DNA of 64,000 nucleotides from Verrucomicrobiales bacterium (GCA_031411295.1 JANOAV010000048.1:1-64000), one strand, 5' to 3'. Counted from the first letter of the stretch, positions 8,350 to 18,380 are shown. Made by a program: numbers and translations. The notes: generated by a model from the letters alone, not told the origin.

Positions 8350-8727
8350 CATAAGACGTTCGGCACGCTGTTGGCGGAGCGGTTTACCAGTGTGATCGTG
8401 GAGGCGGAGGGGGAGGCGCTGCTGGCGACGTGTGCGTATGTGGATTTGAATTATCCTTCGTTCATCAGGCTCTGCGGAATAGCATCGCTAATCTAAAGCC
8501 GCTTTAAGCGGCTGTGCAGTCCGTGCGGGCGAAGCGGGTGAGCGATCCGAAGGATTATCGGGGTGTGGCTATGGGGAAGCGGTGGGGGACTTGGCGATGG
8601 CTCGAACCTGGCTGGCGCGGGCGGCCGGAGAATTGGGTGGAGGGACGATGACTCGGAATGAGTTGGCACCGAAATTCAACCAGCAAGCACTTGTGCGCTG
8701 GAAGGGGGGCAGGTTCAGGCCGCTACC
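8350..8727 (+). pseudogene. Internal fragment of a paralogous Y1 transposase with a ~68-bp insertion and frameshifts
   Basis: HKTFGTLLAERFTSVIVEAEGEALLATCAYVDLN matches 4082-4183; homology resumes at 8521 (VRAKRVSDPKDYR). Confidence 0.88.
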
Positions 8728-8841
8728 AAGGCTGCGTGGCCAATATGTTTGCAAAATGAGTCGGACCGGGGTAATAACAGGGGTCCTTGGCAGGATCACT
8801 TGTTTCATTTTTCAAACTGTAACCCTTAGATTATTCCCATC

Positions 8842-11139
8842 ATGAAATCTCTCCCTTTGCGTTGTGCGGTGCTCCTAACTGCGCTGATGCCATTTCCAGT
8901 CTTAGGCAAGACGGTCTATTGGGATAGCAACGCAGACACTCCAGGGGCAGGATTGACTCCTACGGGGACTTGGGGCACGAGTTCCTTTTGGACGGAGGAT
9001 AGCACCGGAGCCACCGCGACAACCGCTTGGGTGGCGGGAGATACCGCAGTGTTCTCTGCGGGGACAGATGCGGTGGACGCTTATACGGTTACGTTAGGCG
9101 CAGCGCAGACGGCAGGGGGCTTGACGGTGGAGGAGGGAACGGTGTCGCTGGCGGGCTCTGCACTAACGGTGGGAACGGGAACCCTGACGGTGGGCAGTGG
9201 AGCGAAGTTGTCGATCCCCCTAACTACTAATCTGGTAGCTTCAGCGGGGGCTAATTTAAACCTAAATGGCGGCACGTTCCGCAATACCTCCAATGGAGCT
9301 GGCAGCACCTTCGTCAGCGCGTTAGTGACCATCAATTTGGATCCAGTGCTCGGGGGCACAGTGGAAACGACGAACACCGGGACGAATTCTGCGATTTATG
9401 CCGGGACTATCAAGGGCGTAGGAGGCACTTTAACCAAGACCGGAAGTGGAGAGTTTCGTTTTCAAGGGGCGGGGACTGGCACCACCACCTTTTCCAAACT
9501 GGTGGTAAACCAAGGGCTTTTCCGCTTGGGAAATGTTACGAGCAACAACTTTGAAACTGGTCTGGGAGCAGTGCCTGCGACGACTCTCGCAGATGCAATT
9601 ACCCTCAGCAACGGGGCGACCATTGGGGCAAGCTACACTCTCACGCTGGCCAGCACGCGGGGGATCACGCTGGGGACCGGAGGCGGTGGGTTCTTCACTT
9701 CCGCTGGTTCTCTTGTCGTGCCCAGTCCGATTACGGGAGGTGGGCCTCTAACTAAAAGCACGAGCGGCACCGTAACCTTAAGTGGAGCCAATGACTTCAC
9801 CGGAGAAACCCTCATAACGGGGGGCGGAGTGGTGTTGGCGGGATCAGCCACGGCCTTCGGCTCCACCGCCGGAGTTACCAAAGTATCGACCGGAGCGGAG
9901 GTGCGTTTCGATGGGGCGGCCACGAACTTTACGATTGGTGAGCCGTTCCAGATTGCAGGGCCCGGCGGCGGCGGTGGTGGAGCCCTGGTCGTGCAAAACT
10001 CCGCGGTGGTGACCCTAACCGGACCAATCACCCTAACGGGCGATGCAACGTTAGCGGTGGCTGCAACATCCACCGTGACTTACACTAATGCCGCTTCCAT
10101 TACCTCGCTGGCAAATCAAAATTTAACCTTGCAAGGGGGCAGTGGCGGGACGATTACTGGGGCCGTGGCATTGGGTTCCGGCGGTATCACGAAATTGCAG
10201 GGCGGGCGTTGGACGCTGGCTGGTGCCAACACCTACACCGGGGCAACGACGATTACGGCCGGAACGTTAGTGGTTAGTGGGTCGATATCGGCCAGCAACG
10301 CAATCAATGTTCAGACTGGAGCCACCATTCAGTTGGCAGGTTCCACTGCGAATCGGGTGGGCGACAGCGTTCCGGTGGGTTTGACCGGAACTGCCAGTGT
10401 GGTGTTGAGTGGCGATATCACGGAAGCGGTTGGCCCCCTAACGGTGAATCTCGGGGCGGCAACGCTGAATTTCGGAACTGGCACATGTGCCCTGACCTTC
10501 GCGAACAGTGCCAGTCAGACCTGGACCGGCACGTTGACGGTCACAAACTGGAGTGGTTCCCAGACGGGCGGTGGTCAGGATCAATTACGCTTCGGTGCAG
10601 GCGGACTAACCAGTGCGCAATTGGCTGCCATCACCTTTACCAATCCCGCTGGGTTGCCGGCGGGAACCTACGGGGCAGGCTTGTTGCCCAGCGGGGAAGT
10701 CGTCCCCATGACACCATTTGCCGCGTGGCAGTCGGCTGAGTTTGGAGCCAACGCCACGGACGCATTGATTGCGGGTCCAACAGCGGATCCAGATAGGGAT
10801 GGCAACACAAACCTGTTGGAATACGCGCTGGTAGGCACTCCCACGAATCCAATTCCCTCACAACTCTTCACGCTGGGGCAGGCAGGAGGCAAGATTACGC
10901 TGGCGTTCCAGAGAAATACCAGCCGTAACGATGTTACGATCCGTGTGCAATCGTCTGCCACGCTCTCCCCACCGTGGGTGGATGAAGCAGTCAGCGTCAA
11001 TGGCGCGGCGTTTACCGTTACCGCTCCCGCCACCGTGGATGAGACGGGAACTGGTAGCTTGAAATCTGTGCTTTTTACCGACTCCACCGCCATTTCTACA
11101 GGCCCGAGACGTTTCTTGCGGATCATCAGCGAGAAGTAA
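8842..11139 (+). CDS. Secreted protein with autotransporter-associated beta-strand repeats and a C-terminal RFLRI-type tail
   Basis: Signal peptide; repeated LTKxGxGxxTLxGANTYTGxTxI; DPDRDGNTNLLEYAL. Confidence 0.88.
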   Translation: MKSLPLRCAVLLTALMPFPVLGKTVYWDSNADTPGAGLTPTGTWGTSSFWTEDSTGATATTAWVAGDTAVFSAGTDAVDAYTVTLGAAQTAGGLTVEEGTVSLAGSALTVGTGTLTVGSGAKLSIPLTTNLVASAGANLNLNGGTFRNTSNGAGSTFVSALVTINLDPVLGGTVETTNTGTNSAIYAGTIKGVGGTLTKTGSGEFRFQGAGTGTTTFSKLVVNQGLFRLGNVTSNNFETGLGAVPATTLADAITLSNGATIGASYTLTLASTRGITLGTGGGGFFTSAGSLVVPSPITGGGPLTKSTSGTVTLSGANDFTGETLITGGGVVLAGSATAFGSTAGVTKVSTGAEVRFDGAATNFTIGEPFQIAGPGGGGGGALVVQNSAVVTLTGPITLTGDATLAVAATSTVTYTNAASITSLANQNLTLQGGSGGTITGAVALGSGGITKLQGGRWTLAGANTYTGATTITAGTLVVSGSISASNAINVQTGATIQLAGSTANRVGDSVPVGLTGTASVVLSGDITEAVGPLTVNLGAATLNFGTGTCALTFANSASQTWTGTLTVTNWSGSQTGGGQDQLRFGAGGLTSAQLAAITFTNPAGLPAGTYGAGLLPSGEVVPMTPFAAWQSAEFGANATDALIAGPTADPDRDGNTNLLEYALVGTPTNPIPSQLFTLGQAGGKITLAFQRNTSRNDVTIRVQSSATLSPPWVDEAVSVNGAAFTVTAPATVDETGTGSLKSVLFTDSTAISTGPRRFLRIISEK

Positions 11140-11336
11140 CAGGCTGGGTCGTGGGCGCTCATTTTGACTGAGATTGCCTGAGCAAGTCCAAGCCGCAGAT
11201 GAGCGCTAGGGCTTGGATGAATTTGGTGATGCTCGATTTCATGGGTAGGTTGCGCTGAAAATCACGGAGGTGGCGTGTTCTTCAACCAAACTTCGTTGCG
11301 TTTGGCATACTTTAATCTTATCGTTCCGGCCAACTT

Positions 11337-14300
11337 ATGTCTGAGCCTTCAACATCCCGCCGCCTTGGAAAATATCGTGTTCTTAAAGAACTCGGTCGTG
11401 GTTCCTTTGGGATCACGAGTTTGGCGGAGCATGTGGGCCTGCATACCAAGGTGGTCCTGAAGGAATTGATTCCCAGTGCCGTGGGGGATCCAACGCTGCG
11501 GGACCGTTTTATTCAGGAAGCACGGGTGCAGGCGAAACTCAGTGCCCGGCATGCGGGAATTGCGCAAGTGACGGAGTTGGAGGAGGATGCGAACCCACCT
11601 TATTATGTGGTGGAATATTGTGATCAGGGGGACTTGGCCACCTTGTCTCAGGAGCTGGGTCCCTGGCCGGTGGGTCATGTCGTGTGGTTGATCCGGCAGG
11701 TGGCAGATGCGTTGTCCTATGTGCACCAAGAGATGTGTCATCGGGACATCAAACCGCACAATTTGGTTTTGACCAGTTCTTACAAAAGCGGAGGCCAGCC
11801 GACGGTAAAGTTGATCGACTTCGGCTTGGCGCGGCTGCATGGGCATAAGGAGGTGGATAACCCGTTGATGACGCAGCCGGGGCAAATGCTGGGCACCATG
11901 CTTTTCTGCGCTCCAGAGCAGTTACGTAATGATCCATGGTTGGATGGACGCTGTGATTTGTTCTCCCTGGGCATGACCGCGTGGTTCATGCTGGAGGGCC
12001 GTTCTCCTCTGCGGGGTAGTTCCGGGGATATGATGGCGGAACGTTTCAGCGATGGCAAATATGCCGACGGGCTGCCACAGCATTTGCCGGAATGTGTCCG
12101 CATTTTGCTGACGAAACTCTTGGCGAAGAATCCCGCGGACCGCCCCATGGATGCCCAGTCGGTGGTGTGTGAAGCGGACGCCTGCCTGCATGAGTTGGGC
12201 TTCGTCTGGCATCCGCTCGTCAAATCAGACGTTAACCCTGCGGGACCACGCAATATCCCTGAGCTGTATGAAGTCAGTTCTGAAATTAAGAATGACACCT
12301 GGGGGCATTCGATGATGGCCACGGTGCGCACGGATCGTCGGCCAGTGCACTTGCGCGTGCTGCCGCGTTTGGACCCCGGCACCGTGGCGCGAATGTATCA
12401 GTCGGCGGGCCGGATTCGCGAGACCCGTTGTCCCTATTTGCCCCAATTCAAGGTTGAAATGCTGGAGGAAGGCATGGTGGTGGCGGAGGAGGTGTTGGAG
12501 GGTTCGTCGGATTTATCAACGGTGATTCGGGAGACCCATGCCCAAGGACTGTCGGATTGCGCGAAACTCCTGCGGGCGTTGGCGGATGCCTGTGATGCCG
12601 TGAAAATGGCGGAATTAAAGCAATTTGCCCTAACTATTTCGTCCGTGCAAGTGGCCGTGGCCGCAAGACGTTTCCGGGAGATGATTCCTCAGGGGAAATT
12701 CCAACTGCGACTGCGGAGCGACTTCGCGGCTTTGCTGCCGAATCACTCGTCGTCGGCCACCCAAATCGATCAACACGGCACCTTGGCCGGCACACTGGCG
12801 GGCGGAGCGGATGCCTCCATGCTAACGGAGGCGCAACGTTTCCTGCGCATTGTTTACTGGGTCTTGGCGGGTCGCGAGCCACGAGCCACGGCTTACTGGT
12901 GTGCTACGGATTGCGATCCGATTCGTGGCTTAAATGAAGAATCCAATGTGCTCATTCGACGGTATCTTTCCGGTGGCAGTCTGCCGGAGGATTTCCCATG
13001 CAGTTATGTGCTGGAGCAAATTTGCAACGCTGCGGGCGTGGCTTTTCCCGCTTCCGAAGCAGGTTCCCAAGTGACCTACATGGGGAGCAGTCGCACCGGG
13101 AGCGCGACCGGAAGTTCTGGCCGCGCAACGGCCTACGAGCAGGAGCAACCCACGGAAATAGGCTCGGGCCGCCGCCCCGCCACGGTAGCTACCCCCGCCC
13201 CGCCGCCTCCGCCTGCGTTGTCGTTTCCCCAAGCCACGGTGCAGCCCGCGCTGCCGCCAACCACAATTGCTGGTCCCAGTAGAATTCAATTACCACCACC
13301 ACCACCACCACCGCCACCAAGGGTCCTGCAGCCCCCACCGTTGCATACGGCCTCACGTTCGGGCCTGCTCGTGACTGTGGTTTCCATCGCCATCTTGTTG
13401 TTCGTGGGGGCAGGGGTGTTGATTTGGAAAACCCAGGATAATCAAGCTAAGCGCGTCATTGAGGCTGAAGCCAAAGCCAAGCAGGAGCAGCAAGCCCGAG
13501 CCGATGCCGAAGCCAAGGAAATATCCGCCCGTCAGGAATTGGAACGCCAGGAGGCAGCCAAGAAAGCGGCCTCGATTGCCGAAGAACTCAAGAAACAAGA
13601 GCTGCAAAAAGAACTAGCCATGGCGCAAGCCAAAGCGGAAGCGAAACGAAAGCAGGCGGAGGAAGCGGAAGCCGCCAAGAAAGTGGCGCTGCGCAATAGT
13701 TATTCCAAGGACAATTGTTTCCGCAACACGTTAGGCATGGAATTCGTCCCTATTCCTAACACTCGGCTCCTGGTCTGCAATACCGAGACCCGGGTCCAGG
13801 ATTATGAGGTCTTCGTCAACAAAACCAACCGCAAGCCCAGTGAGATCTTCACTGGTTTCGATATGAAAAGCCATTCGCCTGAGTATTCGAACGGAAACTG
13901 GAAGGAGTTGGGACTCACCCAAACCGCCGGGCACGCCGTGGCTGGGGTGAATTGGTTTGATGCTAGAGACTTCTGTCTTTGGCTAACAGAAACCGAGGCC
14001 CCGCATAAGTATCGCCTCCTAACAGTAACTGAATGGATGGCGGCAGCAGGGGGGCGGTCCTTCGTCTATGGCAATGCATTCCCTCCGGCGGCGGACAGCG
14101 GCAATTTCTGCGGCAAGGAATTCATCAAATTCGCCAAAGAGAACATCGACTCTCTCTTGGAAACGGACGACTTTTTCCCGTTTACCAGTCCCGTAAAATC
14201 CTTCAAACCTAACGAACTCGGCGTGTATGACATGGGTGGGAATCTTTGGGAGTGGTGCCAGGATGATTACTCTGCCAGTATGAATCCAGATCCAAAAATG

Positions 14301-14468
14301 AAAAACGAATTCGCCCGGCCCGGCGTGCCTTATAAGGTCACCAAGGGCGGCAGTTGGTTCAACTCTCAGGAAAAATTGCTCCGGACCGACTTCTGTAACC
14401 GTGACGATCCCGCCAAAGCCTCCGTCTTTGTTGGCTTCCGCATCGTCCTAGACTGGGATTCCCTGTAA
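11337..14468 (+). CDS. Ser/Thr protein kinase fused to an FGE-sulfatase (SUMF1)-like domain
   Basis: LGRGSFG, HRDIKPHN, DFGLA, APEQ; Pro-rich linker, TM helix, coiled coil; NELGVYDMGGNLWEWC...KGGSW...GFR. Confidence 0.92.
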   Translation: MSEPSTSRRLGKYRVLKELGRGSFGITSLAEHVGLHTKVVLKELIPSAVGDPTLRDRFIQEARVQAKLSARHAGIAQVTELEEDANPPYYVVEYCDQGDLATLSQELGPWPVGHVVWLIRQVADALSYVHQEMCHRDIKPHNLVLTSSYKSGGQPTVKLIDFGLARLHGHKEVDNPLMTQPGQMLGTMLFCAPEQLRNDPWLDGRCDLFSLGMTAWFMLEGRSPLRGSSGDMMAERFSDGKYADGLPQHLPECVRILLTKLLAKNPADRPMDAQSVVCEADACLHELGFVWHPLVKSDVNPAGPRNIPELYEVSSEIKNDTWGHSMMATVRTDRRPVHLRVLPRLDPGTVARMYQSAGRIRETRCPYLPQFKVEMLEEGMVVAEEVLEGSSDLSTVIRETHAQGLSDCAKLLRALADACDAVKMAELKQFALTISSVQVAVAARRFREMIPQGKFQLRLRSDFAALLPNHSSSATQIDQHGTLAGTLAGGADASMLTEAQRFLRIVYWVLAGREPRATAYWCATDCDPIRGLNEESNVLIRRYLSGGSLPEDFPCSYVLEQICNAAGVAFPASEAGSQVTYMGSSRTGSATGSSGRATAYEQEQPTEIGSGRRPATVATPAPPPPPALSFPQATVQPALPPTTIAGPSRIQLPPPPPPPPPRVLQPPPLHTASRSGLLVTVVSIAILLFVGAGVLIWKTQDNQAKRVIEAEAKAKQEQQARADAEAKEISARQELERQEAAKKAASIAEELKKQELQKELAMAQAKAEAKRKQAEEAEAAKKVALRNSYSKDNCFRNTLGMEFVPIPNTRLLVCNTETRVQDYEVFVNKTNRKPSEIFTGFDMKSHSPEYSNGNWKELGLTQTAGHAVAGVNWFDARDFCLWLTETEAPHKYRLLTVTEWMAAAGGRSFVYGNAFPPAADSGNFCGKEFIKFAKENIDSLLETDDFFPFTSPVKSFKPNELGVYDMGGNLWEWCQDDYSASMNPDPKMKNEFARPGVPYKVTKGGSWFNSQEKLLRTDFCNRDDPAKASVFVGFRIVLDWDSL

Positions 14469-14485
14469 GGGCAGCGCGAGTTCCC

Positions 14486-15994
14486 ATGGCGAAACCTAAC
14501 CGTATGAGATCCCTCCATTACTCAAGCCGTTGGCTGTTGGCTCTGGCTGGCTTCGTTTGGTTGGGGGCTCTGGCGCGGGCGGAATACGTTGCCGCCAACC
14601 TACCGGTCCCAGCTCCTGCGGAACAATTCCGTGGAGCTTGGATTGCCACCGTCTGGGGCATCAACTGGCCGACGAAACCCAAGGCTTCCAAGGAAGAGCA
14701 ACAAGCCGAACTGCGGGCGTTGCTGGACCAAGCCGTAGCACTCCATCTCAACGCCATCATCTTCCAAGTGCGCCCGGCCTGCGATGCGCTCTACGAATCC
14801 AAGTTGGAACCTTGGTCGCAGTGGCTGACTGGGACCATGGGGAAATCACCCGGCTATGACCCCTTGAAATTCGCCATCACCGAAGCCCACCTGCGGGGTT
14901 TGGAATTGCACGCCTGGGTCAATCCCTTCCGCGCCATGGCCGGTGGCAAAAGCGTTGCCAAAAACCATGTTTCCCTAACGCATCCTGAATGGACCCGCAC
15001 CTATGGCACCCAAAAGTGGATGGACCCCGGTGAACCCAAAGTCCGCGATTACAGCCTGGAGGTCATCGCTGATATTGTCCGGCGTTACGATATCGACGGC
15101 CTGCACTTCGACGACTATTTCTATCCCTATCCGTTGCGCAATCCTGACAAGAGCATCATTCAATTTCCCGACGAGGCCCTGTTCCAACAATATGGTCAGG
15201 GGATGGATCGCAGCGCGTGGCGGCGGGCCAACATCAACGATTTCGTGGAACGATTGTATGCGCTCGTGAAACGCCTCAAGCCCGCCGTCAAAGTGGGCAT
15301 CAGTCCTTTCGGCATTCATCAGCCTGGCGTCCCGGAAGGCATCAAGGCCATCCTCAATCCTTATGACCAGATGGGATGTGATTCCAGGCACTGGCTGCGA
15401 TCCGGTTGGTGCGATTATTGCACCCCCCAACTTTACTGGCGCATCGATCCACCGGACCAAAGTTTCTCCGTGCTGACGCGATGGTGGAAAATCCAAAATT
15501 TGTTTCCCGTGCATCGCGCCACGCACCTCTGGCCGGGCTTGGCCACGGATCGGATCAAGGGCCCGGGCGACCCGGATCGTCCCGCCACCGAGATTCTGCG
15601 GCAAATGGAACTAACGGCAGCGGGGCATGTCCACTGGAACTTGGGAGCGCTGGTCAAGGATCAAGGGGGCATCAAGCAATTGCTCACCGATGGTCCGTAT
15701 GCCCAAGCCGCGCTCGTTCCCGCGTCTCCCTGGCTGGGACCAGAACGTCCAGGTCCGCCCCAGAGCGCGATGGTTTCCCAGCAGGCAGAGGTTGTCAGCC
15801 TGAAATGGAAAGCGGCCCCCAATGTGCGTTGGTGGATCATCCAGGAGCGCACTGAGAAGGGTTGGCAGCTCCGGACGGTCCTGCCAGGAAACATCCTGAC
15901 CTACAAATTCAACCAACCGCCCCTGGCATTTGCCCTGAGAGCCTCGAACCCCGCAGGCGTGCTCGGATCCACAGTTGACTGGGAACAAAAGTAG
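14486..15994 (+). CDS. Glycoside hydrolase-like GHL10 (YddW/DigH family)
   Basis: FRGAWIATVWGINWP, FQVRPACDALY, ELHAWVNPFRA, DGLHFDDYFYPY. Confidence 0.9.
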   Translation: MAKPNRMRSLHYSSRWLLALAGFVWLGALARAEYVAANLPVPAPAEQFRGAWIATVWGINWPTKPKASKEEQQAELRALLDQAVALHLNAIIFQVRPACDALYESKLEPWSQWLTGTMGKSPGYDPLKFAITEAHLRGLELHAWVNPFRAMAGGKSVAKNHVSLTHPEWTRTYGTQKWMDPGEPKVRDYSLEVIADIVRRYDIDGLHFDDYFYPYPLRNPDKSIIQFPDEALFQQYGQGMDRSAWRRANINDFVERLYALVKRLKPAVKVGISPFGIHQPGVPEGIKAILNPYDQMGCDSRHWLRSGWCDYCTPQLYWRIDPPDQSFSVLTRWWKIQNLFPVHRATHLWPGLATDRIKGPGDPDRPATEILRQMELTAAGHVHWNLGALVKDQGGIKQLLTDGPYAQAALVPASPWLGPERPGPPQSAMVSQQAEVVSLKWKAAPNVRWWIIQERTEKGWQLRTVLPGNILTYKFNQPPLAFALRASNPAGVLGSTVDWEQK

Positions 15995-16017
15995 CGGCTT
16001 TAATCCGTGCCAAAAAT

Positions 16018-16923
16018 ATGAACTACACCGTCCTCAACGCTCAACGCCAGCCCCTCGGTCCGATGCCTGAATTTCAAGTTAGGGAATTCTTGCAGCAGGG
16101 AGATATTTCCCTGGATAGTCTGGCTTGGAAACCAGGCATGGCCGCCTGGGAACCTCTGCGTGCTTTCTCTGAGTTCATTGACGTGCCGAATCAGTCTGCC
16201 CAACCACACAATCCCTACGCTCCGCCCCAAGCCGCAGAATACTTTCCCAAGGGCGAGGGCAGCTTGGACATGAATGCTTCGTCCAAAATTCGTGGCGCAG
16301 CGCTCACGGAGGAAGTCCTCCAGCGCGGATATCGCGTGGACATTCTGCATTGTTTGAGTCGTGGTTGGGATCTGGTTTTCTGCCGGGACTTTTGGGCCAT
16401 TATCGGCATCCATACACTCGCTTGGTTGACGCAACTGGCGTCCAGCCTGTTGTATGTCAATATCGTGGTCGGAGGGCCCATGATGGGCGGACTTGATCTC
16501 TATTTCCTGAAGCGCATCCGGGGCGAAGAGGCCACCCTATCGACCGCGTATTCTGGCTTCAATATCGCGTTCGTGCAGTTGTTTGTGGTCGTGCTCGTGG
16601 CTGGGATTCTGACAGCTCTCGGTTGTTTGCTATTGATCATTCCGGGCATCTACCTTGGCGTGGCCTATAGCTTTGCCCGCACTCTTGTCATCGACCGGCA
16701 ATTGGACTTCTGGGACGCCATGGAATGCAGCCGCAAGGTGATCAGCGCCCATTGGTTCAAGTTCTTTGGTTTCGTCATTGTGATCGGACTCTGCCAATTC
16801 CTGGGCGTGCTGGCATTGATCATTGGGGTGTTTATTTCCATGCCGATTTGCCACGCCGCATTGATGTTCGCCTACGAGGACATCTTTCATCCCCGGCCGA
16901 ACGATACGACGGAAAACCGCTAA
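16018..16923 (+). CDS. GYF_2 (DUF4339) domain membrane protein
   Basis: GP...SLAWKPGMAAWEPL, NPYAPP, IIPGIYL, several TM segments. Confidence 0.85.
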   Translation: MNYTVLNAQRQPLGPMPEFQVREFLQQGDISLDSLAWKPGMAAWEPLRAFSEFIDVPNQSAQPHNPYAPPQAAEYFPKGEGSLDMNASSKIRGAALTEEVLQRGYRVDILHCLSRGWDLVFCRDFWAIIGIHTLAWLTQLASSLLYVNIVVGGPMMGGLDLYFLKRIRGEEATLSTAYSGFNIAFVQLFVVVLVAGILTALGCLLLIIPGIYLGVAYSFARTLVIDRQLDFWDAMECSRKVISAHWFKFFGFVIVIGLCQFLGVLALIIGVFISMPICHAALMFAYEDIFHPRPNDTTENR

Positions 16924-17028
16924 CCCACACGCCAACCGCAAGTTAGGGATCCGCCGCTCGGAAGAACAGCACCCATGGAACTGGCCTTGCAAGATGCTGG
17001 CCTCCAAGGTCGGCCGCCAGGAGGCAAC

Positions 17029-18216
17029 TCATTTTGCAGGCACATTTGCTAGCGAAGGCTGGAAGCGTTCCGCAAATTCTCTGGCCGTTTTCACCAGCGC
17101 CTTGATGTCCTCTGGTTTGCCAGTCGGCTTGGGGGAATCGACGGTCAACTCACAGACGCTTTTGATGCTGCCGTCTGGATTCAGGATCACTAACTTCGGT
17201 GTATCCACGATGGAGACGCGCTGGCCTTTGATGCAGAGGCAGCCCTGGATGATGTCGAAGGTGTATTTGTAGCCAGGCCCAACAAAAATGTGATGGGTGC
17301 CACAGCCCGCGCGCCATTTTCGGTAATCGTTTGATGTTGCGGGGCTGGAACTACTCCATCCCTCCAAACCGGCCTGCACTTCGTCCCCTGGCTTCGTTGT
17401 CGCAACAAGGAATTGCGCCTGATGGCTGTTACCTCGCGTGGAATTCGCTGCCGGAATTACCAATCGCAAAAACGCGGTCTCAAAGATCAATTCCAGTGGG
17501 GCGACGCGAATCCTGCTCTCGGAAGCGGCTTCCGTGGCGGTTGTCACTTCGAGTCGGGCCGCAAGGGCATCCGTGCGCCACGAAAATTCTGTAGCATCCG
17601 CGGTTGAAAGTTTGGCATACTGCTGCGCCCGGTCGATTAGTGCGGCAATGATTACGGGTGAGCCTGTCAGGGGCGGATAGGACACGCTGAGTTCAGTAAC
17701 CGACTTAATTGCTCCGCTGGATTCGGGCACGACCAACTTCGGTGTATCCACAATGCAAATGCGCTGGTCATCGATGCAGAGGCACCCGTGCCTGACGTCG
17801 AACTTGAAATCATACCCCGGACCGCTGAACTCATGATGGGAGCCATACGCCACCTCCTTATATGAATGATGATGACTCCCGCCACTACTGCCACTGGAAC
17901 CACCGCCCCCAGAGGTGGACGCAGTGGCGATCCGGGTGCCACTGGAGAAGCTGCCACCGCGCGCGCCTTTCACTGGCAGCGCCAAGCGCAACAGGCCAAG
18001 TTCGCAGAGCAAGACATTACCAGTGGTTTGGGTGCGGATCCCTGAATAGGCGTCGGTGACGGATGAGACGGTAACTTCCACTGCTAAAGGATCCCGTTTC
18101 CAAACCTCGGCTTGCCGCTGCGCCATGAACTCGCTAAAGCTCGAGGAGAGCAGCACGGCCACTCCAATGAGGAGAAACGGAGTGCAGCTCAGCCAAAATT
18201 TAGCGGACTCTCTCAT
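17029..18216 (-). CDS. Hypothetical membrane-anchored protein with two tandem homologous domains
   Basis: N-terminal TM; duplicated GPGY-x-F-x-FD...GCLCI...IVDTPKLV; start chosen at ATG 18216. Confidence 0.7.
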   Translation of the reverse strand: MRESAKFWLSCTPFLLIGVAVLLSSSFSEFMAQRQAEVWKRDPLAVEVTVSSVTDAYSGIRTQTTGNVLLCELGLLRLALPVKGARGGSFSSGTRIATASTSGGGGSSGSSGGSHHHSYKEVAYGSHHEFSGPGYDFKFDVRHGCLCIDDQRICIVDTPKLVVPESSGAIKSVTELSVSYPPLTGSPVIIAALIDRAQQYAKLSTADATEFSWRTDALAARLEVTTATEAASESRIRVAPLELIFETAFLRLVIPAANSTRGNSHQAQFLVATTKPGDEVQAGLEGWSSSSPATSNDYRKWRAGCGTHHIFVGPGYKYTFDIIQGCLCIKGQRVSIVDTPKLVILNPDGSIKSVCELTVDSPKPTGKPEDIKALVKTAREFAERFQPSLANVPAK

Positions 18217-18380
18217 GGGGAGCTTAGCAGCAGGAAACTGGCAGAGGGTGTGATAGCGGTAGGATCCCTGAAGCAATATTCATGACATGTTTCTAGCAGG
18301 GATTTGCCGGATGTTAAGAGAAAAATGGCGCGAAAGAAACCCGTGGCATGACGGCACGACTGAGGCTAGAGAAGCGGCTC

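Noticed and set aside
1900..8350. Classical integron with attC sites
   Set aside because: No tyrosine-recombinase intI in the window, and the repeats lack the RYYYAAC...GTTRRRY palindromic attC structure.
13290..13320. (CCA)n trinucleotide tract as a phase-variation repeat
   Set aside because: It encodes an in-frame polyproline linker of the kinase.
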